The notes below the pieces were generated by a model. The model was not told the origin of the DNA and searched no databases. It worked only from the letters and a program-made list of their open reading frames with translations. The translations under genes were made by a program, and so were the position numbers. A stretch of DNA of 47,038 nucleotides, from UHGV virus genome UHGV-0103790; one strand, given 5' to 3'. Within the stretch, counting starts at the first letter, position 1. Each line of letters opens with the position of its first letter. Below, piece by piece: positions 37,059 to 46,000 of the stretch. This stretch comes from a virus.

Positions 37059-37087
37059 ACTATAGCGACACCCTCAATCTACGTCAA
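37059..37087 (-). promoter_or_regulatory. near-consensus sigma70 promoter built on the conserved motif (TTGACG-17-TATAGT)
   Basis: TTGACG is the reverse complement of 37082-37087 and TATAGT the reverse complement of 37059-37064, with an exact 17-bp spacer. Nearly identical to the promoter at 14490-14518. Confidence 0.6.
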
Positions 37088-37092
37088 CACTT

Positions 37093-37098
37093 TATGAT
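37093..37098 (+). promoter_or_regulatory. candidate -10 element (TATGAT) for the rightward head-tail joining operon
   Basis: Lies in the conserved 30-nt block CAATCTACGTCAACACTTTATGATAAAAT. No clear -35. Confidence 0.3.
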
Positions 37099-37248
37099 AA
37101 AATTAAACCAACAACACTCAACCCGCGCTGTTCCGTCCTGAAAAACGTAAGGCGGCGAAATTGGATATAGCAATCGGCGTTATCGTCATGGCGCTTTCGC
37201 TGGTTCAGGTGTACAGATGCTGGAAGTTCATCATTCGGAGAATAATTA

Positions 37249-37536
37249 ATGAGAGACGCGCTTCAGCACGCCGCAAACCAGATAATTAGTGGCACTGTCG
37301 GCCAGGTAATCGACAAAGCCGGTTATACCTCCATCGGCACGGGTCTTGGCCTGAAGGTGGCAGAGCAGACGCCGGTCGCACAATCATACATTGCCTCAAT
37401 GCTCCCCTATTCGATTACCGAGTGGGCAGCGGTAGCCTCTATACTTGGCGCGCTGTCACTGGTGGCAAAAAACCTTTTTGAGATGTGGTGGAAGATTCGG
37501 GAGAGCAAAAAGAATGGCAGCACCGACAGCAAGTGA
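37249..37536 (+). CDS. small membrane protein
   Basis: 95 aa with a C-terminal transmembrane helix WAAVASILGALSLVAKNLF. Confidence 0.45.
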   Translation: MRDALQHAANQIISGTVGQVIDKAGYTSIGTGLGLKVAEQTPVAQSYIASMLPYSITEWAAVASILGALSLVAKNLFEMWWKIRESKKNGSTDSK

Positions 37537-37906
37537 ACTTGTCGCCGCCATGGCGTCAAGAGGCGTGACTATCACCACAGCAGACGCAACGGGAATCCTG
37601 TGTCTGGTGGCGAGCATCACAGAGTGTCTTGAGCTTAATTACCCTGAAGACACATGTAGGCAGGATGCAATTCTGCTATGGGCCTCAATCCTTATCGCCT
37701 CAAATACAGCCGGAAGATACATAACCAGCCACCGGGCGCCATCTGGTGCGTCGCAGTCATTTGGCTATGGCAGTAAGCCGTGGATGGCCCTTTACAATCA
37801 GATGAAGCTACTCGATACGGCAGACTGCACAGGCGACCTTGTAGAAGAGCCTGATGGGGCAGCAAAGCCGTGGTTTCGGGTTGTTACCGGGAGTAACTGT
37901 AGATGA
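37515..37906 (+). CDS. putative head-tail connector / adaptor protein
   Basis: 130 aa with ATG at 37515 and RBS GGAGAG. Sits in the head-tail joining gene block. Confidence 0.35.
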
Positions 37907-38037
37907 AAACGTCAATATTAACTGTAAATATCGCAATCCGTAAATGGTGCATGCCGTTGCTGGTTATTCTGGTATTGCTGCGCCTTCCTGTTCCGCGCTG
38001 GATTTATACTCTTGAGGCCGCACCATGTCAGCGATAG
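37903..38037 (+). CDS. small hydrophobic peptide (44 aa)
   Basis: ATGA coupling; sequence MPLLVILVLLRLPV. Confidence 0.3.
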   Translation: MKTSILTVNIAIRKWCMPLLVILVLLRLPVPRWIYTLEAAPCQR

Positions 38038-38369
38038 CGAGATGGTGCTATACGCAGCCATGCACAATCTGGCGGCTTACTGGCAAGGATAAGTATGGCA
38101 AGCCAACATTCGCCGCGCCAGAGTCCATCATGTGTGATTATGGCTTCGATAAGAACCTAACCACCGGCACAGCTGGCAATGAGATTGCACAGAAAAACAC
38201 ATTCTGGACGGAATACCAGGATGCGTCTGTTGGCGACTTCATCATGCTTGGCACCATTACCAGTGCTGACCCGCTGGCCGCCGGAGCTGACCAGATTAGA
38301 AGCATCGTGAATTACGGCAATACGCTAGACCGCAATGACCTACCTGATTTTGCGCTGGTAACGGGGTAA
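38025..38369 (+). CDS. putative head-tail joining protein
   Basis: 114-aa ORF in the head-tail joining block. Confidence 0.4.
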   Translation: MSAIARWCYTQPCTIWRLTGKDKYGKPTFAAPESIMCDYGFDKNLTTGTAGNEIAQKNTFWTEYQDASVGDFIMLGTITSADPLAAGADQIRSIVNYGNTLDRNDLPDFALVTG

Positions 38370-38372
38370 TGT

Positions 38373-38789
38373 ATGGCCGCCAAAATGCGAGGTATCCAGC
38401 AGGCGATCAAGCGCACTCAGCAGATTGTAGGCGAGATTACTGGTGAGAAGGCGGTATCAGCAATAAAAGCCGCCAACTATATCATCAGGACTGAATCGGC
38501 CTCCATGACGCCAGTGGCCACGTCAGCTCTGATAAACAGCCAGTATGATACTGTTGAGGTTAATGGCACTCGCATAACTGGCAAGATTGGGTATTCCGCT
38601 AATTACGCCCTGTATGTCCATAATGCACCAGGTAAATTGCTTGGCACGAATACTCCGCGCACAGGGAGACTTAAAGGAAAGGGAAATGTATGGGATAAGA
38701 GCGGCGAGCCTAAATTCCTTCTCAAGGCTGGCGAAAACACACGCGAGCTTGTCGATCAGGTAATCAAAAAAGAGATGACGCTAAAATGA
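38373..38789 (+). CDS. putative tail completion / neck protein
   Basis: 138 aa, in the expected position and size range. Confidence 0.4.
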   Translation: MAAKMRGIQQAIKRTQQIVGEITGEKAVSAIKAANYIIRTESASMTPVATSALINSQYDTVEVNGTRITGKIGYSANYALYVHNAPGKLLGTNTPRTGRLKGKGNVWDKSGEPKFLLKAGENTRELVDQVIKKEMTLK

Positions 38790-39169
38790 GAGATATGCTT
38801 GAGCTTGTTAACCAGTACCTTAGCGATGCCGGTCTTTATGATGGGTGGACTTCTCAGCTTGAGTTCTGGAACGATACCGAAGTTGGCACAGACCGGTTTA
38901 TGGTGCTGCAATCCAATGGTGGTACGAACGTAAGCAAAGACCTCAGCAATGATTATTATTTTTCGCTCTATGTTGTCGGCCAGCAGGGCCAGTACAACAT
39001 CGAAGAAACAAAGGCAAAAGCGCTTGATGTCATCGCATACATCAAAGAGCATCCAGTTGATAGTTGTATTGGAATGATTCAGTTGCAGGCGCCGCTTGGC
39101 CGCCCTACGCTTACGACAGAGAAAAGGCCTGTTTATGAATTGTTGCTGAGGGTTGTTTTTGGTGAGTGA
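38786..39169 (+). CDS. putative tail terminator protein
   Basis: 127 aa; last joining gene before the tRNA cluster and the major tail gene. Confidence 0.4.
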   Translation: MRDMLELVNQYLSDAGLYDGWTSQLEFWNDTEVGTDRFMVLQSNGGTNVSKDLSNDYYFSLYVVGQQGQYNIEETKAKALDVIAYIKEHPVDSCIGMIQLQAPLGRPTLTTEKRPVYELLLRVVFGE

Positions 39170-39246
39170 TGGTTCCCGCGACAGGATTCGAACCTGTAAT
39201 CATCCGATTATGAGTCGGGTGCTTTAACCAGTTAAGCTAAACGGGA
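39170..39246 (-). tRNA. tRNA-Met (anticodon CAT; could be Ile2 if lysidinylated)
   Basis: 77-nt cloverleaf on the minus strand. Acceptor TCCCGTT/CGCGGGA, D-stem GCTT/AAGC, anticodon loop CTCATAA, T-arm ACAGG-TTCGAAT-CCTGT, 3' ACCA. Confidence 0.7.
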
Positions 39247-39249
39247 ATT

Positions 39250-39326
39250 TGGTGCACCATACTGGATTCGAACCAGTTACCGATTGCTTAGAAGGCAATT
39301 GCTCTATCCTGATGAGCTAATGGTGC
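39250..39326 (-). tRNA. tRNA-Arg (anticodon TCT)
   Basis: 77-nt cloverleaf on the minus strand. Acceptor GCACCAT/ATGGTGC perfect, D-stem GCTC/GAGC, anticodon stem ATTGC/GCAAT with loop CTTCTAA, T-arm ACTGG-TTCGAAT-CCAGT, 3' ACCA. Confidence 0.8.
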
Positions 39327-39333
39327 GTTGTGT

Positions 39334-39459
39334 TGTGGTGAGTGGAGTCGAACCACCTTCCATCAGTGCGCTGCTGATTGGGTTACGCGCATCCTGCGGT
39401 TACTTATCCGGAATCTTCACCGCAAAACTATTCCCTAGCTCGCCGTTGAGCTTCACCAC
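39334..39459 (-). other. tRNA-like element (T-arm plus closing stem, no canonical anticodon arm)
   Basis: Minus-strand T-arm GGTGG-TTCGACT-CCACT. A perfect 7-bp closing stem GTGGTGA/TCACCAC spans 126 nt. An alternative 90-nt version (39334-39423) has a 6/7 acceptor stem. No 5/7/5 anticodon arm could be folded by hand. Confidence 0.35.
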
Positions 39460-40180
39460 AACGATAAACCAACTCACTTAACCACATGAATCGTACAACT
39501 CAAAGGTGGTAAATTGATTTACCTGTTGTGTGCCGGGATTCCACCGGCTCCCATCTGTTTTTTAAGACACTCATATATCGTCTGGTCTTGTTGTGGTGGC
39601 CGGTGCTGTTCTCCGGCGTTGCCTACCCTTAGTGAATCGGTTTTTCCGCTCGAGTCCGGAAAGGCATGGGAAACCGCCCACCCTAAACCATCGCATCAGC
39701 CTGCGCATTCACCACAACGGAAAGAGCACTCATTGCATCGACCAAACAGAATCGTCTTTTCGATTATGACTCTACTTTAACGGTTGCTCTGCTGCGCTAA
39801 CCCAATGCTCTTACCTGTTGTGTGCCCATTATTAATCACACCGGGCCAGTGCGCCGAATTCATTGACAAGGAGTCGGAATACCTTGCTGGTGTTTAGCAG
39901 TTAGGCTACTGCCAGATACATTTCTTCGTTTGCATTTATCTTTGTGGTCAGTTTCTAAAAACCCGCAAAGTCGCCACGAAAACTATCGGAAAGAGCGCTT
40001 TAAGCCTTACCACATCTACTTTTGCGCATAAGTCGTCACCTGTGCGGGGATGTCCCCTGAAGCTACTTAACAGCGCTCTTACCTGATAGTTGCTGGCGTC
40101 TCAAATTAACAGTAAATCCGAATGCCACCTGTCAATCTTCCTGCATTCTGCGACCAGCAAGTTAAATCTACACCACCAAT
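39460..40180 (-). other. ~720-nt noncoding, repeat-rich leader upstream of the minus-strand tRNA cluster (candidate structured ncRNA)
   Basis: No credible ORF on either strand. Direct repeats TTACCTGTTGTGTGCC at 39519 and 39811. Two related ~115-nt modules (CGGAAAGAGCrCT...GCTCTTACCTG) at 39716-39830 and 39985-40100 with 9-bp inverted termini AAGAGCGCT/AGCGCTCTT. GC-rich hairpins. Confidence 0.35.
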
Positions 40181-40193
40181 CAAAAGCTGTCAA
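40165..40193 (-). promoter_or_regulatory. consensus sigma70 promoter firing leftward into the noncoding region and tRNAs
   Basis: On the minus strand: TTGACA (reverse complement of 40188-40193), 17-bp spacer, TAGATT (reverse complement of 40165-40170). Confidence 0.55.
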
Positions 40194-40195
40194 CA

Positions 40196-40204
40196 TGATA
40201 TAAT
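40196..40204 (+). promoter_or_regulatory. extended -10 promoter TGaTATAAT for the major tail gene
   Basis: TGATATAAT lies about 35 nt upstream of the RBS AGAGGA and the ATG at 40239. Confidence 0.55.
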
Positions 40205-40238
40205 GCGATTGTTTAGCTAAATACAGAGGATTCTAAAC

Positions 40239-40994
40239 ATGGCTATTTGTGCAAATGATAACGGCATCATCACAGGTCGCAAGTCGCTCATTGAGCTGGC
40301 TGATGGCTGCTGGGATGCTGTGCCAGTAGAGGAAGATTGGAAGTTTTTTGCTCCCATGACCTCAAAAGGCGTCGACTTCAGCCCAAGCACCACCACCTCA
40401 GAGGCTGATGATGGCGATGGCTTTGTCGCGACGCTGGTCACTACCGCAGACCTCACCATTTCCGGTGATTTTGAAGTTCGTAAGGCTGACAAGGCTGATG
40501 AGTATGGCGTGCACAACCTCATCAAATACTTTGTCACCGAAGTAAAAGCGCGTCGCCAGCCGTCACTGTGGGTGCGTCAAACCACCGGTAATACCGTTGT
40601 CGTTGCTTACTGCAACATTACCGCACTGAGCTACGATGGTGGCACTAACGATATCATCACTGGTTCGGTTGAATTCAAGCCTTATGATGGCTCTACTGTT
40701 GACGTGTCCAGCATCGAAGATTTGACGCTGACTACTGATATCAGTGCAGCCAAAACCGTTGCTACTGGCGACACTCTGACGCTCGGTCCGGTAGTTGCGG
40801 CTGGCGGTGTCGAGCCTTATACCTACCAATGGTATAAAGGCACTTCGCCGATCAGCAGTGCTACTACCAACACGTTCACCAAGACCACTGCTGCCGCAGG
40901 TGATGCTGGTACGTACTTCTGCCGCGTGATGGATTCGGCAACCAGTCCTGATTACGTTGACTCCACCAAGTGTATTGTTACCGTTACGCAATAA
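40239..40994 (+). CDS. major tail protein with C-terminal Ig-like domain
   Basis: 251 aa. The C-terminal ~90 aa are Thr/Ser-rich and beta-rich, as in Ig-like domains. Strong promoter and RBS. Position upstream of the chaperone and tape measure genes. Confidence 0.65.
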   Translation: MAICANDNGIITGRKSLIELADGCWDAVPVEEDWKFFAPMTSKGVDFSPSTTTSEADDGDGFVATLVTTADLTISGDFEVRKADKADEYGVHNLIKYFVTEVKARRQPSLWVRQTTGNTVVVAYCNITALSYDGGTNDIITGSVEFKPYDGSTVDVSSIEDLTLTTDISAAKTVATGDTLTLGPVVAAGGVEPYTYQWYKGTSPISSATTNTFTKTTAAAGDAGTYFCRVMDSATSPDYVDSTKCIVTVTQ

Positions 40995-41022
40995 AAAAAA
41001 CCCCCGAAAGGGGGTTTATTCT
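40995..41022. terminator. bidirectional rho-independent terminator
   Basis: AACCCCC-gaaa-GGGGGTT hairpin with an A-run upstream and TTATTCTGTT downstream. It serves the plus-strand tail gene and the minus-strand gene ending at 41016. Confidence 0.65.
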
Positions 41023-41210
41023 GTTCTGACATATCTAAAAAACAACTTATCTTGAGATATCATCTTTAATTTGCCATCTCGCTCCATTCTTCTTGCTATC
41101 CTCCGCATGTTACCATGCGAAGATTTAAATTTATGGACATAAATCCAGCCGTAATATTCAATCATTTCGTTCACATGGCTTTCTTTTTTTATTTTATGAA
41201 TGGCTCTCAT
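41016..41210 (-). CDS. small putative DNA-binding protein
   Basis: ATG at 41210 with RBS GAGGAAGG. Sequence GNMRRIARRMERDGKL resembles a wHTH recognition helix. Confidence 0.4.
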   Translation of the reverse strand: MRAIHKIKKESHVNEMIEYYGWIYVHKFKSSHGNMRRIARRMERDGKLKMISQDKLFFRYVRTE

Positions 41211-41212
41211 TA

Positions 41213-41365
41213 TCACGCCTTCCTCGTCTTATTTTTAATCGCCCACAAAATCAGATTAGCCATAAACTCAGATCGCTTTAAGTGAATGGCAATCGCGTAA
41301 TTAATGTCAATGCACTGTCCGGCATAGGCGGATATGACATCAGCATCTGTTTGGTCAACCACCAT
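41213..41365 (-). CDS. small hypothetical protein (50 aa)
   Basis: RBS GGGAGA before the ATG at 41365. Confidence 0.3.
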   Translation of the reverse strand: MVVDQTDADVISAYAGQCIDINYAIAIHLKRSEFMANLILWAIKNKTRKA

Positions 41366-41383
41366 TGGTTTTCTCCCGCAACA

Positions 41384-41635
41384 TCATACACACTCATCAA
41401 GCTGACGGCGCAACATGCATAGCGCACCGCGTGGCATTGCCTGGCGACTCACGCCGTCGAAAATCTTCCGGTTGAGGTAATTGGTCACTCGCGGCCTGAT
41501 AGCCTGCCAGCACGCCTTAATGCTGCCATTTACCGGTCGGCGCTCGAGCATGGCGAACTTTGCATATAGTTCCAGCGTCACCAGTGCATCAAGGTATTGC
41601 TCGCAGGCATAGCGATTTTCGTTATCCATCATCAT
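41384..41635 (-). CDS. hypothetical protein
   Basis: 83-aa ORF with ATGA overlap to the HNH gene. Confidence 0.45.
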   Translation of the reverse strand: MMMDNENRYACEQYLDALVTLELYAKFAMLERRPVNGSIKACWQAIRPRVTNYLNRKIFDGVSRQAMPRGALCMLRRQLDECV

Positions 41636-42117
41636 TTACCATGGTTCTCATGAAAATCATACTTAACCTCCGCCTTTCTCCTTGCTTCAGCGGCCATATT
41701 TAAGTCAGAAAACAATCCAAGATGAATCTTTACGCCATCAACTTTTATGTTTGAGGCCCATTTTTTATGTTGTTTACCCCATGAAACACCAGTAACACCT
41801 GATTTGTTTGTCACCCTGAACTTCATGTTGTGATTATTCTCTTTTGGAGTGACAAGCCTGAGGTTATCTATCTTATTGTTTGTTTTATTGTGGTCTATAT
41901 GATCAATCTGCATTCCGTCAGGAATTTTCCCATTATGCATTTCCCAGATGATGCGATGAACAAGATACTTGACGCCATAGATTCCAACAATCTTATATCC
42001 ATTGCCTCCCACCGCCTTCACCTCGCTTCCGATTTTCACTCTGTTTGAGGTTCTTATCTTCCAGTAAATAGCCCCATCACAATAATAAAAAATATCTGAC
42101 CAATCAGTTATTTTCAT
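41632..42117 (-). CDS. HNH homing endonuclease with AP2-like domain (paralog of 17095-17580)
   Basis: IDHIDHNKTNNKIDNLRL HNH motif. C-terminal SGVTGVSWGK...HLGLFSD...AEARRKAEVKYD AP2-type domain. 161 aa, the same length as its paralog. Confidence 0.8.
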   Translation of the reverse strand: MKITDWSDIFYYCDGAIYWKIRTSNRVKIGSEVKAVGGNGYKIVGIYGVKYLVHRIIWEMHNGKIPDGMQIDHIDHNKTNNKIDNLRLVTPKENNHNMKFRVTNKSGVTGVSWGKQHKKWASNIKVDGVKIHLGLFSDLNMAAEARRKAEVKYDFHENHGK

Positions 42118-42245
42118 CGAATGTCACCCCTACCATTGCAAGTAATTTTTTCGCCATCAACTCGGCCTCATCATAGGTAAACCCGCAATCAACGTACAGG
42201 TCAATGTAAAATCTCAAATCAGCATCAGTCTCGTTCATATGTCAA
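42114..42245 (-). CDS. small acidic protein (43 aa)
   Basis: ATGA overlap with the HNH gene and RBS GAGGG. First gene of the leftward island operon. Confidence 0.3.
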
Positions 42246-42268
42246 ACCCTCAATCACCTTATGCTTTC

Positions 42269-42307
42269 AATCTACGTCAGTCTTGCGTCTCCTGTCAATG
42301 GTATAAT
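42269..42307. promoter_or_regulatory. divergent promoter region with conserved motif and extended -10 TGgTATAAT
   Basis: AATCTACGTCAG motif (42269-42280). Plus strand TGGTATAAT (42299-42307) lies upstream of the chaperone gene. Minus strand CTGACG-17-GTGATT is a weak leftward promoter. Confidence 0.45.
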
Positions 42308-42335
42308 TACGTCATTATGAAAACAGGATTTAGAC

Positions 42336-43043
42336 ATGAGACAACGCACACCGCTAACAGAAATCGGAGAGATGCGCATCTCCCTGGCTGACAAGTATTT
42401 TTTCTTCAAACCATCATTTGCGGCGATGAATGAGCTTGGCTCACCGAAAGAGATTGTCGAGATGTACGCTACGCTTAATGGCTATGAATACGCGGCCATA
42501 CTCGGCACCATTCAATCAATGCCATATGGCGCGCAGATTCAGGTGGCAAAAATCCTGTCACGTCCTGCCTATGGCAAGAAAGTGCTCAGCGCTGCCTGCC
42601 TCATCATGCAGTCCTGTTGCGATGATGATATCTCGGTGCTCATTGGATCATGGAAGCCGACTCCGCGCGGTGTTAAGTACGTCACCGGACGAATGCCAGT
42701 AAATGACATTATTATTATTGCTCGCAACCTGATGGAACATGGCGTCATCGGAAAGTCTCCGCTCAAGGTTCCTCAGCGCTCGGAAAACCAAAAGCGCACA
42801 ACCAGTGAGTTGAGAATGTCGGATTACATCATCTCAGCTCGCACCCATTTCGGAATCACCCGCGAGGAAGCCGAAGACCTGACCATGACCGAGTATCAGC
42901 AGATGATAAAATCAAAATACCCGGAACCGGAAGGCATGACGCGCGAGCAGTATGATGCTTCCTATGAGCGGGCCAAACTGAATAAACAGAAACTGAAAGA
43001 GAAAGCCGCCAGAAAGGCCGCTAAAAGCAAAGGAGCAAAATAA
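42336..43043 (+). CDS. tail assembly chaperone (gpG/GT-like)
   Basis: 235-aa ORF immediately upstream of the tape measure gene. Acidic and Lys-rich C-terminus. Confidence 0.5.
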   Translation: MRQRTPLTEIGEMRISLADKYFFFKPSFAAMNELGSPKEIVEMYATLNGYEYAAILGTIQSMPYGAQIQVAKILSRPAYGKKVLSAACLIMQSCCDDDISVLIGSWKPTPRGVKYVTGRMPVNDIIIIARNLMEHGVIGKSPLKVPQRSENQKRTTSELRMSDYIISARTHFGITREEAEDLTMTEYQQMIKSKYPEPEGMTREQYDASYERAKLNKQKLKEKAARKAAKSKGAK

Positions 43044-46000
43044 TGGCAGAAGAAGTTGGCGGCATTGTCTATGAGGTTGGCATTGACACATCTCAGTTAG
43101 CAGCTGGAAGTCGTGAAATAGAGTCGATGCTAAATGACCTCAGTGGGAACATGGGACGGCTCGAGGCCAGTGTAAACAGGACGGAGCGCTCTATAAGCTC
43201 AATGGAAGGAACCATGTCGAGCCTCACTGGTGTCGCAAAAGGCTTGCTTGCAGCACTTTCCGTGCAACAGGTTGGCGCCTACGCTCAGGCGTGGCAGGAT
43301 ATGAGTAACAAACTCTCTAACGCCGTGAGAGATTCGGTTCCGCCGTTTGAAACCCTTGCCGATGTAACTGATCGTGTTTTTGATATCGCGCAGAAAACAC
43401 GCTCAGGACTTGACGCAACGGCCACCTTGTACGCCAGACTTGAGAGGTCTACCAGAAGCTATGGTGTAAGCGTGGAAGACCTGACAAGGCTGACAACAAT
43501 AATCAATCAGGGTTTTGTTGTATCAGGAGCGTCAGCTGAGGAGGCGAGTAACGCAATTATCCAGCTTGCACAAGGCATGGCATCTGGCGCCCTTCGAGGA
43601 GATGAGTTCAACTCAGTAAACGAGCAGGGCAACCGGCTCATGATAGCTCTTGCCGACTCTCTGGGTGTTGGCATCGGTGAGCTTAGAAATATGGCCGCCC
43701 AAGGCAAATTGACAACGGATGTCATAGTCAATGGCCTCCTGTCGCAGGGAGATAGTATTGGGAGAGAGTTCGCCAAAACAACTTCTACCATCAGCCAGTC
43801 TCTGGAGATAGCCGGAAATAACGTTGCAAGATTCTTTGGGGAAAACGCAACCGTAAAAACAGGCGTAAAAATATTTAGCGATTCAGTGATACTGGCCAGT
43901 GAAAATATTCAGGCTCTCGGTACAGCGTTAACCATTGTGGCTGGCGTAATGGGGAGCCGTTATGTTGGCGCGCTGGCAATGTCCACTGCCGCGAAAATAT
44001 CAGATATAGCGGCATCAAGACAGCAATTAATAGCTGAGAATCAGCAGGCACAATCTGCACTCTTTGCCGCCAATGCCACCCAGAGAAAAGCTTTCGCTGA
44101 TAAAGAGGCGGCGCTAACATCTTTGTCGGTGGCCAAGGCTGAATATGAGGCCGCCAAAGGCAGCGCCGCAGAGATGCTGGCGCTTGATGCTCTGGTTGCA
44201 GCAAAATCAAGAGCTAGTGCAGCGTCACTATCCCTTGCTCAGGCTGAAAACGCACAGGCTACGGCATCAGCGAGAGCAGCATCCGCGGCAAGCGCTGCAT
44301 CGGTAGGAATTGGCCTTGCCAGAGGTGCGCTTGCATTGATAGGCGGGCCAGCAGGCGCGGCGATGTTAGCAGCGGGGGCAATATTTTACTTTTGGCAGAA
44401 AGCACAGCAAGCCAGAGAAGAAGCAATCCGCTTTGCCGATAGTCTGGACAAAGTAAACGACTCAATGAAGGCGATGAATAATACCCAACTCAGGGGGGTG
44501 ATAGCTGACGCCAATATTTCAATTTCGGCTCAAAAGGATGCTGTGAGAAATCTGCAAAGTGAAGTTGATGCACTTCGTGAGAGGTATCTTAGCTTCACTC
44601 CTGCCGCGCAAGAGGTGGCTGAATCACTTGGTCAAGGGTCGCAATTTGCTTCTGAACAGGAAAGGGTACTCAATGAATTAAATAAAAAATCAAGAGATTT
44701 AGCTGACGCTCAGGAAAAACTAGCAAGAACTCAGGAAACGGCAGCCGAAGCAAGCAGGACCCTTACAAACAACATGCTCACGTCCATGGGTGTGCATGAT
44801 GGTCTGATTGAGAAAGGTTCGACCCTTGAGAGAGTGCAGGGCGCTGTAGCAAGAGCATTTGGCCTGACTGCCGATGAGATAAACCGAGCAAATCAGGCAG
44901 GCCAAAACTTCAACCCAAAATCCTTGCAAGTGTCGCCCCCAACAGAAGAAGCTGACAAGATAATCCTCAATCTTGAGGAGCAAAACCAACTTTTAAAAAT
45001 ACAGGATGAAAGACAAAGGGCAGTAACAAAGGCGAGAATGGAGGCAGCCAAGGTAACTGATAACCCCAATCAGATAGCCAGAGCTGGTGAGCTTGCAGGG
45101 CAGATATATGATTTAAATGAGGCTGAGAAAGCAAGAGAAAAAGCGCAAAATGATTCTCAGTCAGCGGCCAACAAGGCAGCCACAGAGCAGGAGAATATCG
45201 CCAATAAACTTGAGCAGCTTCGCCAGGAGTCACTGCTTACCGCTGAAAGTACAAGAGAGCTTAGCCGCGAACAGTCAATACTGGCTGCTCAGCAATCCCT
45301 TGGCAAGGGGGCCACTCAGGAGCAGATTAATCTTGCCGGGCAATATGCGGCTAAGGCATGGGATAATGCCAACGCGATCAAAGCTCAGGCAGAGGCAGAG
45401 AAAAAAAGAGTCGAGGCTGTCAAGGGGTTCGCTGCATTAAAATCGCAGACATCCCCAATGTTTGCCGTTGAAACAAATTATCAGAAGGATTTAGCAGCGC
45501 TCAATGCTTACGCAGTAGCTTACCCGCAAAAGATAGCGGAGGTTGAGCAGGCTAGAGCAGCTATTGAGGAGCAATATCGACAGCAGCGCCTTGATGCCAT
45601 GTGGCAGGAGTGGAGCCAGCAGAATGCGGCTACGCAAGCAGCAGCTGCTGCATTTGATGCTTTTGGGCAAACAGCAAGCAATGCCTTGACCGGTGTTCTG
45701 ACTGGCTCAATGTCTGTTAGCGAGGCGCTACAGTCAATAGGGAGTAATGTGTTAAATGCGGTTATTAACTCTTTCGTTCAGATGGGTGTGGAGTGGCTTA
45801 AATCAGTAATAATGGGACAGGCAGGAATGGCAGCAGCATCTGCCGCAACCGCCGCTCAGGCGGCAGGAATAGCAGCGGCTATGGCGCCGGCAGCGGCAAT
45901 GACCTCGCTTGCCACGGCTGGCGCTAACGCAATCCCTGCACAGGCTGGCATTGTTTCCACCGTTGGTGTGGCTAAAGCCATGTCTGTTGCTGGAGCATTG

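Noticed and set aside
39514-39780. 88-aa plus-strand ORF (and the 65-aa ORF at 39284-39481) in the tRNA / noncoding region
   Set aside because: Odd composition (Cys/Pro/His-rich), no RBS, and overlap with the tRNA genes and the structured noncoding region. Treated as noncoding.
40217-40991. Two minus-strand ORFs (106 and 142 aa) under the major tail gene
   Set aside because: They are antisense to a well-supported structural gene with a strong promoter and RBS, and have no start signals of their own.
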